DNA from: Candidatus Brocadia sp.
GTDB lineage: Bacteria > Planctomycetota > Brocadiia > Brocadiales > Brocadiaceae
Length of the DNA: 32,000 bases
Direction: 5' to 3'
NCBI GenBank assembly: GCA_021650915.1
Contig: CP091279.1
Span: 660,001 to 692,000 of the forward strand
Shown: piece after piece, positions 17,258 to 25,744 of the stretch
Layout of the letters: every line of letters starts with the position of its first letter
Position numbering within the stretch: position 1 is the stretch's first letter
The notes under the pieces: generated by a model
The model's input: only the letters and a program-made list of their open reading frames with translations
Told to the model about the DNA's origin: nothing
Database searches by the model: none
Made by a program: the position numbers and the translations under genes

Positions 17258-17812
17258 GTGGAGAAAGATGTTGCACGGGTAATTATTAATGAAAAACAGA
17301 TTCGGGATAAGCTTTTGGAACTATCAAAGACGTTGATTCGTGATTATCAGGACAAAGACTGGACGGTCATTGCTATTCTGAACGGAAGCCTTATCTTTCT
17401 TGCTGATTTGATTCGTTTAATTCCTTTTCCTGTTCGATTAGATACTATCGATGCTGCTACTTATGGTGAGTCGACTTTACCTCAGGGTGAGACGAAGGTT
17501 ATTCGCCAATTTAAGATCGATATAGAAGGAAAACACGTCTTGGTAATTGATGATATTGCTGACACAGGAAGCACTTTGAAAAGGGTGCTGGAAGATATCA
17601 GAAAATACCATCCCAGGACACTGAAGAGTTGTGTTCTTTTAAATCGGATAGGCAGGAGGCGGTATGATATTCGTCCGGAATATTGTTGTTTTGATATTGG
17701 TGATGATTATGTCGTCGGTTATGGATTGGATTACAATAACAAATATCGAAATCTGCCGTTTATCGCAGTGTTGAAAGACGAATGTTATCGTGGTGATGGT
17801 GTCGTCAGATAA
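17258..17812 (+). CDS. hpt: Hypoxanthine(-guanine) phosphoribosyltransferase
   Basis: PRPP-binding motif VLVIDDIADTGSTL and YVVGYGLDY. The GTG at 17258 sits 9 nt after AAGGAGG (17242-17248). The track start at 17237 is a TTG that lies upstream of that SD. Confidence 0.85.
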   Translation: MEKDVARVIINEKQIRDKLLELSKTLIRDYQDKDWTVIAILNGSLIFLADLIRLIPFPVRLDTIDAATYGESTLPQGETKVIRQFKIDIEGKHVLVIDDIADTGSTLKRVLEDIRKYHPRTLKSCVLLNRIGRRRYDIRPEYCCFDIGDDYVVGYGLDYNNKYRNLPFIAVLKDECYRGDGVVR

Positions 17813-17836
17813 GAAGGAACAGCGATAGGTATTTCT

Positions 17837-19201
17837 TTGAAGGCTATTTTCGTCCATCTAACGGGGAGTCGTAGAGGAAATACAGAAGTATTTTCCATTG
17901 ACACGATATCAATTGGTACTGATGCCGAAGCCAGCCTCCATTTTGACCCTGAGATTGATAGAAGCACATCAAAGTATCATGCCAAAATACGGTTGCAGGA
18001 ATGCGACTATGTATTAGAAGACCAGGGAAGTGTAAAAGGAACGCTGGTAAACAATCGGCTGGTTAGCAAGATCATATTAAAAGATGGTGATTTGATAGAG
18101 TTTGGGGACGGCGGTCCCAAGGTGCGTTTTCGTATCAAGTCGGATGACGCCGATGTCTGTAAGCCATGGACGCAGATCATAGAAGATTCTTTAGGGATAG
18201 CGAGTGTATCTCAACGGGGAAAAATTACAACAGCGACCACATTCTTTAAGCAACTGCTATGGGAGGCCTTTACTCAAACGTCTCATACCTTTAAGATTAC
18301 AGCTTTTCTCTGTCTTTTTTTTGCAATTAGCGGCCTTATATCGTATTTTTATGTACAATATGTCAGGTTGACAAAGACTGCAGAAAAGGTGAGACTTCTT
18401 GAGATTGAACGCTCAGTTGCTGAGCATATCATCAAGACTTATAGTGGAGGGGTTTGTCTGATTCAGGGGGCATTCTATTTCCTCGACGAAGAGACTGGAG
18501 AACCACTCATGATGATGGGTAAGGGTCAGCGGGGGATTCATGAATACACAGGCACCGGTTTTATGGTAAGTGTTGATGGGTTGATACTGACCAATCGTCA
18601 TATCGCCGAACCATGGTGGGAGATGGAAATGTCTCCTTATATCTATAGGGAACCCACAATTCAACCCAAGTTTGAAGTGTTCAGGGCATTTTTCCCTGGT
18701 ATTAAAGAACCATTTTCTTTGAAGGTTGAAAAAATTTCGCAGGAGGTGGATGTGGCGTTGCTCCGCATTGATACTCGCGGAGCGAAGATTCCTGTTCTTG
18801 AATTAGACGTTACCGGTAAAGTGGCAATAGCAGGAGAGCCGATGATGTTGTTAGGTTATCCTGCCGGTGTTAACGCTATTTTTGCAAAAACTGACCCTGC
18901 GATTGTAAAACAGCTTTTTAGTTTGCCTTTTATCGAATTGGTGCAGGAAATTTCCAATTGGGGATTGATACGGCCTCTTTCGACACAAGGACATTTAAGC
19001 GATATCATGTATAATAGGATCGTCTATGATGCTCAAACGACTGCTGGTGGTAGCGGTGGACCTATCTTTAATAACAAAGGGAAGGTAATTGGGATTAATT
19101 ACGGGATTTTTCCTGGCTTTCGAGGTTCCAATTTTGGCGTTCCAATTAGTTATGGTTTGGAACTGATTAAAACAATGTCGATGAAGAAAAAGGATAAATA
19201 A
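17837..19201 (+). CDS. FHA-domain / single-TM / trypsin-like (S1, Trypsin_2-type) serine protease
   Basis: N-terminal FHA (SIGTDAEASLHF...SKYHAKI...EDQGSVKGTLVNN...DGDLIEFG). TM segment ITAFLCLFFAISGLISYFYVQYV. Catalytic triad contexts LTNRHIA, DVALLRI and TTAGGSGGPIF. TTG start. Confidence 0.8.
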   Translation: MKAIFVHLTGSRRGNTEVFSIDTISIGTDAEASLHFDPEIDRSTSKYHAKIRLQECDYVLEDQGSVKGTLVNNRLVSKIILKDGDLIEFGDGGPKVRFRIKSDDADVCKPWTQIIEDSLGIASVSQRGKITTATTFFKQLLWEAFTQTSHTFKITAFLCLFFAISGLISYFYVQYVRLTKTAEKVRLLEIERSVAEHIIKTYSGGVCLIQGAFYFLDEETGEPLMMMGKGQRGIHEYTGTGFMVSVDGLILTNRHIAEPWWEMEMSPYIYREPTIQPKFEVFRAFFPGIKEPFSLKVEKISQEVDVALLRIDTRGAKIPVLELDVTGKVAIAGEPMMLLGYPAGVNAIFAKTDPAIVKQLFSLPFIELVQEISNWGLIRPLSTQGHLSDIMYNRIVYDAQTTAGGSGGPIFNNKGKVIGINYGIFPGFRGSNFGVPISYGLELIKTMSMKKKDK

Positions 19202-19867
19202 ATGAGAAATGGGTTATTTCTGGGCCAGGGGGGGAAATATAAAAAGTTTTGCATTTTAATTCTCTCTCTGGTGGTATCAGGAATGTTTTGTAACGCATCA
19301 AATGCGCATTCCGATGGCGCACCCTTGGCATGCCTCGGTAGTGGGTTTGACAGATATAGTTTTCGTTTTGCTGCTCCCGGTACGTTTACCTGTGGCAATT
19401 TAGGATGTCACTATCAATACCCAGTTAATTCAGGCAAAGGTAAGCTTATGCTCTTTGTGGTAGATAAATGTGAACCAAATGAGATTGTTGATATCTTGGT
19501 TTCTTTTAAACAGACGACTAAGGAGTTTCATGGATTTCAAGTTACGGCACATGATAACTATTACGGCAATCGTTTGGTAGGCACCTTTATCAATGTTGGA
19601 AATGATGAAGACACTCAGGTGGAGGCTGGTGGGCGCTTTGCTACGCACACGAAAAAGGGGACAAATCAAAAATTCTGGCATGTAAAATGGCAGGCGCCTC
19701 CTGAGGATTTCCTGGTAGCTAATCCTGTAAGATTTTATGCTATGGGAGTCGAGGCTAATAATGACGGCACAGCTATGGGTGATTATATATACAAAGCAAC
19801 AAGGCTTATTACGGTAACACGAAAGAAGGTAAAAAAAGAGCAAGTCCGTATCATGAAGAAAGAATGA
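19202..19867 (+). CDS. Secreted protein, Reeler/DOMON-like fold suspected, with a C-x4-C-H motif
   Basis: The ATG directly abuts the protease stop. Signal peptide KKFCILILSLVVSGMFCNASNA. Motifs HSDGAP, TCGNLGCH, HGFQVTA, ANNDGTAMGDYIY. Confidence 0.65.
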   Translation: MRNGLFLGQGGKYKKFCILILSLVVSGMFCNASNAHSDGAPLACLGSGFDRYSFRFAAPGTFTCGNLGCHYQYPVNSGKGKLMLFVVDKCEPNEIVDILVSFKQTTKEFHGFQVTAHDNYYGNRLVGTFINVGNDEDTQVEAGGRFATHTKKGTNQKFWHVKWQAPPEDFLVANPVRFYAMGVEANNDGTAMGDYIYKATRLITVTRKKVKKEQVRIMKKE

Positions 19868-19870
19868 GTC

Positions 19871-20446
19871 ATGAAACTAAACATATTTCTCTCTGTGATG
19901 CTATTTATCTTGGGCATTTCCCGCATAACAAATGCTTCTCAGCTCGATTTTTCGTGGAATGCACCAAAGACGTATATTCATAATAAGGGAACAGGTGGAG
20001 AGGTGATGTATATTATCTGGTTCTATAATTTAGGAAATACTATAGAAAAGCCTATATTGGTGCCAGTAGAAGTATTTTTGATGACCGATACCGGAGAGAA
20101 ATATCTGGATGCTTATTATCCGGAAATCATGGAGCACGTTGCTCAATTAGATGGGGATTACAAAGAAGGGAAAAAATATCAATACGCCGCCATCGCAAGG
20201 GGGGAGTTGCCTCCAAAAACGCTAAAACATTGTGTCGCTATGTTTGAGGATATAGACCCTAAAGCACGACGTCTTGATATTTTTGTAACGGGTATATCCC
20301 ATTTTTTTTTCTGGCGGTGGCGGGTGGTAGATTATTCCTACAAAATCACCTATGAAAAAGAGCAAAACTACTGGAAGTTAATCGAGCACGGTATGACCAA
20401 GGACGCCTCGCATCGTGCTAATGATTTAGAGTCTGGAAATTGGTAA
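19871..20446 (+). CDS. Secreted hypothetical protein (191 aa)
   Basis: Starts 3 nt after the previous stop. Signal peptide MKLNIFLSVMLFILGISRITNA. I recognise no family. Confidence 0.6.
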   Translation: MKLNIFLSVMLFILGISRITNASQLDFSWNAPKTYIHNKGTGGEVMYIIWFYNLGNTIEKPILVPVEVFLMTDTGEKYLDAYYPEIMEHVAQLDGDYKEGKKYQYAAIARGELPPKTLKHCVAMFEDIDPKARRLDIFVTGISHFFFWRWRVVDYSYKITYEKEQNYWKLIEHGMTKDASHRANDLESGNW

Positions 20447-20581
20447 AAGGAGAAAACCGCATAACATTGAGAGCTTTTGCACGGTACTTTATATAACTGA
20501 TTTTCTGGAGGAGAAAAACGATAACAAAAGAACTGGTTCATAATCGAAAAATACTTTTGGTTTTTTGGGAGGAGGGGTATA

Positions 20582-21040
20582 ATGCGTAAAAATATTGGCA
20601 TGGTATTGTTTTTCGCCTTTGTAACAAGTTTTTGTGTGAATGAAAGTTTTGCCGATAAGGGAGTTAAGACAGAGGGCGCTGCTGGAAAAGAAAAGGCGGA
20701 GGGGTCTCACGGCAAGGATAAGGGAGCTATAGAAGAGGGTGCCGGTAAAGATAGCACAGGAAGATCGCAGAAAAAGGTTGAAAAGAGACTGAATGACTTA
20801 ACTGCAAAGCTTAACCTAAATGCAGAACAACAGAATCAGATAAAAGAAATACTTATTAAATCCAGAGAAGATCATATGGCAGCCTGGGCAGAGACGAAGA
20901 TAAAGCTGAAGGAAGTGAGACGCAAAGCGCATGCTCAGATAGAAACTCTTTTAACCGCCGATCAGAAAGAGAAGTTTAAGGGAATTTGCAAGGCGAGTGA
21001 AGCACAAAAACAGGAAGAAGACATCGACGAAGACGAGTAG
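20582..21040 (+). CDS. Periplasmic Spy/CpxP-family (LTXXQ) protein
   Basis: SD GGGAGGAGG. Signal peptide. Two LTxxQ-like motifs (LNLNAEQQNQIKEI, LLTADQKEKFKGI). Acidic tail. Followed by a strong terminator. Confidence 0.7.
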   Translation: MRKNIGMVLFFAFVTSFCVNESFADKGVKTEGAAGKEKAEGSHGKDKGAIEEGAGKDSTGRSQKKVEKRLNDLTAKLNLNAEQQNQIKEILIKSREDHMAAWAETKIKLKEVRRKAHAQIETLLTADQKEKFKGICKASEAQKQEEDIDEDE

Positions 21041-21060
21041 CGTGATGACCCGTAAACAAC

Positions 21061-21105
21061 AAAAGGCTACGAAGAGGTTTGATACTCTTCGTAGCCTTTT
21101 TGTTT
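21061..21105 (+). terminator. Rho-independent terminator (potentially bidirectional, between convergent genes)
   Basis: AAAAGGCTACGAAGAG / gtttgat / ACTCTTCGTAGCCTTTTTGTTT: a 12-bp GC-containing stem flanked by an A-run and a T-run. Confidence 0.85.
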
Positions 21106-21202
21106 AATATGTAGTGGTTTTAACTTTCTGTATGTATGCTGTACTTGGTTTTGAAAATAATAAATTTCACAATCTTCGCAGAATAATGTTTTACAGATAT
21201 TT

Positions 21203-22291
21203 TCATACATTAAATCTGAAATGCATAATGTCCCCATCTTTTACAATGTATTCCTTACCTTCAAGTCTCAAGAATCCTTTCTCCTTGACCTTTTGTTCTG
21301 AACCTACCGATATCAGGTCGTGATAATTATACGTTTCAGCACAGATAAATCCACGTTCAAAATCAGAATGAATTACGCCGGCTGCCTGAGGGGCCTTTGT
21401 TCCTTGTTTAATAGTCCATGCCTTTATTTCTTTAGGACCTGCCGTAAAATAGGTAATTAATCCTAACAAGTGGTATGTTTCTCGGATCAGTCTTTCAAGT
21501 CCGGATTCCTCTATTTCCATCTCCTGATAGTATGTCTTCCTTTCCGCTGGTTCCATCTGAGAAATTTCTGCCTCTATATCACCAGAAATAACAACGCATT
21601 TGGAATTTTCCTTCAGAGAATAGTTAATGACAGTATCGATGAAGGGTTTATCTTTTTCGTAATCAAAAACATTAATAACGTATAATACAGGCTTTGCAGT
21701 CAATAAATGTAAATCATCGATGTGTTTCCTTTCCTCATCGGTCTGGCCAGCCAATCTAACAGGTATGCTGTTATTCAATGCATCGCGGATTTTTTTTAAT
21801 GTGGTAACAGAAGCAATAATATTTTTATCTCCCGTTTTTGTCAACTTTTCGTTTTTCATTAACCGTTTTTCCACCGTCTCCAGATCAGCCAGAATCAGCT
21901 CTGTATTGATAATTTCGATATCCCTGATCGGATTTATTCCTCCTTCTACGTGTACGATATCACTTTTCTCAAAGCATCGCACCACATGTAAAACAGCATT
22001 AACACTCTTAATATGTCCTAAAAATTGGTTTCCCAAACCCTCTCCCTGGCTGGCGCCCTTCACTAAACCAGCAATATCAACAAACTCAACTGTGGTGGGG
22101 ACAATTTTTTCCGTTGTAATCAGCTCTGCTATTTTATCAAGGCGTTGATCCGGAACGGTAACGATACCCACGTTGGGATCGATGGTACAAAAGGGATAAT
22201 TTGCCGAGGCGGCCTTGGCTGAAGTTAATGCATTAAAGATCGTGGATTTTCCTACGTTTGGTAATCCAACAATACCGCAATTTAAACCCAT
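21203..22291 (-). CDS. ychF: Redox-regulated ribosome-binding ATPase YchF
   Basis: GIVGLPNVGKSTIFNALT P-loop, TGS-like C-terminus, 362 aa. Confidence 0.95.
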   Translation of the reverse strand: MGLNCGIVGLPNVGKSTIFNALTSAKAASANYPFCTIDPNVGIVTVPDQRLDKIAELITTEKIVPTTVEFVDIAGLVKGASQGEGLGNQFLGHIKSVNAVLHVVRCFEKSDIVHVEGGINPIRDIEIINTELILADLETVEKRLMKNEKLTKTGDKNIIASVTTLKKIRDALNNSIPVRLAGQTDEERKHIDDLHLLTAKPVLYVINVFDYEKDKPFIDTVINYSLKENSKCVVISGDIEAEISQMEPAERKTYYQEMEIEESGLERLIRETYHLLGLITYFTAGPKEIKAWTIKQGTKAPQAAGVIHSDFERGFICAETYNYHDLISVGSEQKVKEKGFLRLEGKEYIVKDGDIMHFRFNV

Positions 22292-22468
22292 GGGTAGATT
22301 CTACTCCTATTTTCGAAACAAAAAATAAACCTAAATCCCCATTGCATACATGGAAATTTAGGGTTTATTTGCTATGCAAACCAATTGCTGAATAAAAAAT
22401 ACTGAATAAATAATAACGAGTTATGTCAGAAGAAGCAACACTTTCTCCCAGGTGATTGCTTAAGAAGT

Positions 22469-23131
22469 TTAGTGACCGTGATTACTGTCCATTGTTTGGG
22501 GCAGCATCTTTGCCATTGAAATAATACCCCTCTCGAGCTCGTCTCTTAAAACCTTAAGGGAGAGATCTTTTCGATTCGCAAGTTCTTCAAGGAATTCCTT
22601 ATTGGCATCGTCCGTTCCAATAGCCATGATTTCTACTCCCTGCATTCTGAGTTCATTTGCTGCTTCAAATGTAGCTTTTTTATCATCCGGCATTCCGTCT
22701 GTTATCACACAGATCACTTTCTTGCCGGCCTTGTCTGCAAGGCTATCTCTTGCAATTTTGATGGCGGCTGCCATGTTCGTTGAGCCGCTGGCTGTCATGC
22801 TTTCAACTTTTGTGTTGAGGCACGTAAGTTCATTTTGCAATTCAAGGAGGTGTTCTGCGCCAGATGAGAATTGAATGAGACCTACCGAATATTCCTTTTC
22901 CAGCGCTTCTTTGGCAAAGCCGATTGCACCATGTTTTGCCTGCTCTAATTTATTGCCCTCTGCCATGCTTCCTGAACAATCAACAAGGAGATATACATTT
23001 TTGAAAGACCGTCGCATTATTACGGGTTTTCCGGAAGCTGCCTCAAGTTTCTTTACCCATTGTTTATCCTGATAACGTGTGAGATCACGTTTTCTGTTCG
23101 TTGAATTCAGTATTGATTTTTCTTTATCCAT
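22469..23131 (-). CDS. Cytoplasmic von Willebrand factor type A (vWA) domain protein with intact MIDAS
   Basis: VYLLVDCSGSM (DxSxS), GSTNM and ITDGMPDD. No signal peptide. Starts 12 nt after the J-domain gene stop with no SD. Confidence 0.8.
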   Translation of the reverse strand: MDKEKSILNSTNRKRDLTRYQDKQWVKKLEAASGKPVIMRRSFKNVYLLVDCSGSMAEGNKLEQAKHGAIGFAKEALEKEYSVGLIQFSSGAEHLLELQNELTCLNTKVESMTASGSTNMAAAIKIARDSLADKAGKKVICVITDGMPDDKKATFEAANELRMQGVEIMAIGTDDANKEFLEELANRKDLSLKVLRDELERGIISMAKMLPQTMDSNHGH

Positions 23132-23143
23132 GAATGGTATTTT

Positions 23144-24346
23144 TCACCAGAAGTTTCGAGCTTCCTTTAAGAAATTATACGCCCAATTAATCTCTTTAAA
23201 ACGATCTTCCGCTAATTTTTTGATACCACGGGTAGTTTGTTCTGCGTTATCGGGATGATAGTTACGCGCTAAATCCCGGTACGCCTTCTTGATATCTTCA
23301 TTTGAGGCATGAGGAGAAATTTCCATAACACGGTATGCTTTTTCTTCTTCCGTCTCTTTCTTATAACTAGTTGTTCCCTCTTCCTGATATTTTATGGCTA
23401 GCTCCCTCAGTTGCTGAAGGTCCATCATGATCTCTTTTACAATGTCATGAAAATCATCCCATTTTTTATCCACGAGAAGTGATTTTAGATTTTCTGAGGT
23501 TAAACCTTCATAATCGTACTCCATTTCCTTTATCATGGGCATGCTGCTGGTCCAGTTTACTTCAATGGCCACGATTGTATATAGTTTCATTGCGGCACGG
23601 TAGTGATTGTTTGCCTTTTCTAAATGCATTCTGTCTTCTTCAGCTCGTTTGATGTTTTCAGCAATCAAATTATTCAGGCCGGTTGTATCAGTAAGGAGCT
23701 CATTTTTGTGAATATTGACAAATTCTTGAATTCCGGAATTGGAATCTATAGGAAAAGAGACTTTCAACTGGTAAGCAATTGACTTGATAGCAGTTTCCAA
23801 TGAACGCAATTCATGGATTCTCTCGAGCTGGGTATTTATCCGATCCACAAGGTAACTGCCGCGTTCCCATATTGCTTCCTTAAAAGTTTCTCCTGGTTTT
23901 GCCTTTATGATGGTTATAATAACAACCATTCCAGACATAATATATCCGATAATCATATTGGCTTGAGATGAAAGTCTCGTTAGATTATCGAAGGCACCCT
24001 TGTTATGAACGATACCTAATATCAACCAGATTGATGCCATTCCTAAGATAATACAAAAAAACGTTGCCAGTTTCGCTTTTGCATACAATTCAATTTGTGA
24101 TTCATCCACTTCCCAATTCAATTTTTGCCCGTCAAACTGAACAATGAGTATCCTTGACAAAACCCCACGGGAATTCAAATATTGGATTCTCTGAGCACGA
24201 AAGAGATACAGGACTAAAAGGATTACACTTATAGCAACAATACAGGCCGGCAAGGTGATCAGTGCTACTCGAAGTAAACCAAAAGCCAATAGCAAGAGAA
24301 GTAACAGAGTAACAATGATTGCTATAAAGCCTATGAATTCCTTCAT
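23144..24346 (-). CDS. Polytopic membrane protein with a C-terminal J-domain (DnaJ-like co-chaperone)
   Basis: About 4 N-terminal hydrophobic helices and a helical central region. C-terminal AYRVMEISPHASNEDIKKAYRDLARNYHPD...FKEINWAYNFL (HPD motif). Confidence 0.8.
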   Translation of the reverse strand: MKEFIGFIAIIVTLLLLLLLAFGLLRVALITLPACIVAISVILLVLYLFRAQRIQYLNSRGVLSRILIVQFDGQKLNWEVDESQIELYAKAKLATFFCIILGMASIWLILGIVHNKGAFDNLTRLSSQANMIIGYIMSGMVVIITIIKAKPGETFKEAIWERGSYLVDRINTQLERIHELRSLETAIKSIAYQLKVSFPIDSNSGIQEFVNIHKNELLTDTTGLNNLIAENIKRAEEDRMHLEKANNHYRAAMKLYTIVAIEVNWTSSMPMIKEMEYDYEGLTSENLKSLLVDKKWDDFHDIVKEIMMDLQQLRELAIKYQEEGTTSYKKETEEEKAYRVMEISPHASNEDIKKAYRDLARNYHPDNAEQTTRGIKKLAEDRFKEINWAYNFLKEARNFW

Positions 24347-24443
24347 GCGATAATGTACCTTAAAATATTTGCCCGTCCATACGTTACCATTACCATAAAA
24401 TTTATGAAGTCAGAGAAAGAATATTTACGCTATTTGTTTAGGC

Positions 24444-25016
24444 TTATTTGTCAAACTTCACATATTCAATAATTACAGGAGATGCGGGAACATCCTCAAA
24501 TCCTGACTTAGTTACCGTTGACTGGTTTGCAATGGTATCTACGACATTCATACCCTCCACAACTTTTCCAAATACACAATAACCCCAGTCGTGGGAATTC
24601 TTCCCTTTGTGGTCAAGGAAGGTGTTGTCAACGGTGTTAATAAAGAATTGCGCTGTGGCAGAATGAGGATCCATGGTACGTGCCATCGCCACGGTGCCAC
24701 GAAGATTTTCGAGCCCGTTGTCGGCTTCGTTTGCAATGGGAGCTTGTGTGGGTTTTTGTTGCATATTGGCGGTAAAACCGCCTCCCTGAATCATAAAATC
24801 TTTAATCACGCGATGAAAAATAGTGCCGTTATAAAATCCATTGCTTACATAGCCAAGAAAATTCTCCACCGTTTTTGGAGCGGCTTTTTGATTGAGTTCA
24901 AGAATGATGGTGCCCTTATTGGTTTCTAAACGAACTCGTGGGTTGGGCGAGGTTGCCATGACCGGCTGTGCAAAACAAAAGAACGTAATGACAAGGATGA
25001 CAATAAATTTTTTCAA
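24444..25016 (-). CDS. ppiA: Periplasmic cyclophilin-type peptidyl-prolyl isomerase
   Basis: FHRVIKDFMIQGGG and SATAQFFIN motifs. Signal peptide KKFIVILVITFFCFAQPVMA. The TTG at 25016 lies 6 nt after GGAGGGG. The track ATG at 25034 has no SD. Confidence 0.85.
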   Translation of the reverse strand: MKKFIVILVITFFCFAQPVMATSPNPRVRLETNKGTIILELNQKAAPKTVENFLGYVSNGFYNGTIFHRVIKDFMIQGGGFTANMQQKPTQAPIANEADNGLENLRGTVAMARTMDPHSATAQFFINTVDNTFLDHKGKNSHDWGYCVFGKVVEGMNVVDTIANQSTVTKSGFEDVPASPVIIEYVKFDK

Positions 25017-25121
25017 GATTACCCCTCCATTCATAAAGTGATGAGCTTCTTATCAAATAAACAAACTGAAAGTCCTTTTATTCCATAATTTGGAGTTTGT
25101 CGTGCGGTGGTAAAGAGATTT

Positions 25122-25197
25122 TGGTAGCGGTGGAGGGAATTGAACCCCCGACGCGCGGCTTATGAGTCCGCTGCTCTACCAACTGAGCTACACCGCC
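25122..25197 (-). tRNA. tRNA with CAT anticodon (elongator Met, or Ile2 if lysidine-modified), CCA encoded
   Basis: Minus strand: GGCGGTGTAGCTCAGTTGGTAGAGCAGCGGACTCATAAGCCGCGCGTCGGGGGTTCAATTCCCTCCACCGCTACCA. Positions 1:72 are paired (G:U) and the anticodon stem lacks the three G:C pairs, so it is not an initiator. Confidence 0.85.
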
Positions 25198-25404
25198 ACC
25201 TCGTTACGCTGTTTTTGAGATGTAGTCTTGTTAGAAAGGCAAATGAAATATTTATTAGTACATGTTGCTACCGTAGCGTAGTGGAAAGGATAACAACTCT
25301 GCTAACTATTTTCAAGGATTATTCCTATTTATTGTAAAAAGTTACGAACGAGATTGTACCGGATGACAATTATAGATTAGCCGAAGCAAAATTTATTATT
25401 TTGC

Positions 25405-25433
25405 TTGACAATAATTTTTAATGATGCTATCCT
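25405..25433 (+). promoter_or_regulatory. Possible promoter about 310 nt upstream of polA
   Basis: TTGACA (25405-25410), 17 nt, TATCCT (25428-25433). The string TGCTTGACAAT is shared with 10612-10622. Confidence 0.3.
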
Positions 25434-25744
25434 TACCTACATATCTTATCAAAACATGATGAGTTTCAGATAATGTATAGGTTGTCCAGCCTGAAGTTAG
25501 CTGAAGTATCGCGCTAACCTCCCCTTTATTTGTTCTGGTAGTTACAACATCGTTAATAAACCGCGTTAATCTTATAACAACGTTACATTGTTTTTTTCGT
25601 AATCTTCAAATATTATTCATAAATAATTTTTACGATTCTCCGCAAAGTGTCTTGCCCAGTAATTGCATGTCTGTATTATTTTCAGATGCTTCCGAACAAA
25701 ACATTGTTTTGAAGGCACTCAAGGCTTTACATCGCTAACAGAGA

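Noticed and set aside
22311-22370. AT-rich hairpin (AAATAAACCCTAAAT...ATTTAGGTTTATTT plus a T-run, minus strand) between the vWA gene and ychF
   Set aside because: The stem is almost all A/T. It also lies downstream of a plausible ychF promoter (TTGCTT-17-TATTAT), so its role as terminator or leader is ambiguous. Not called.
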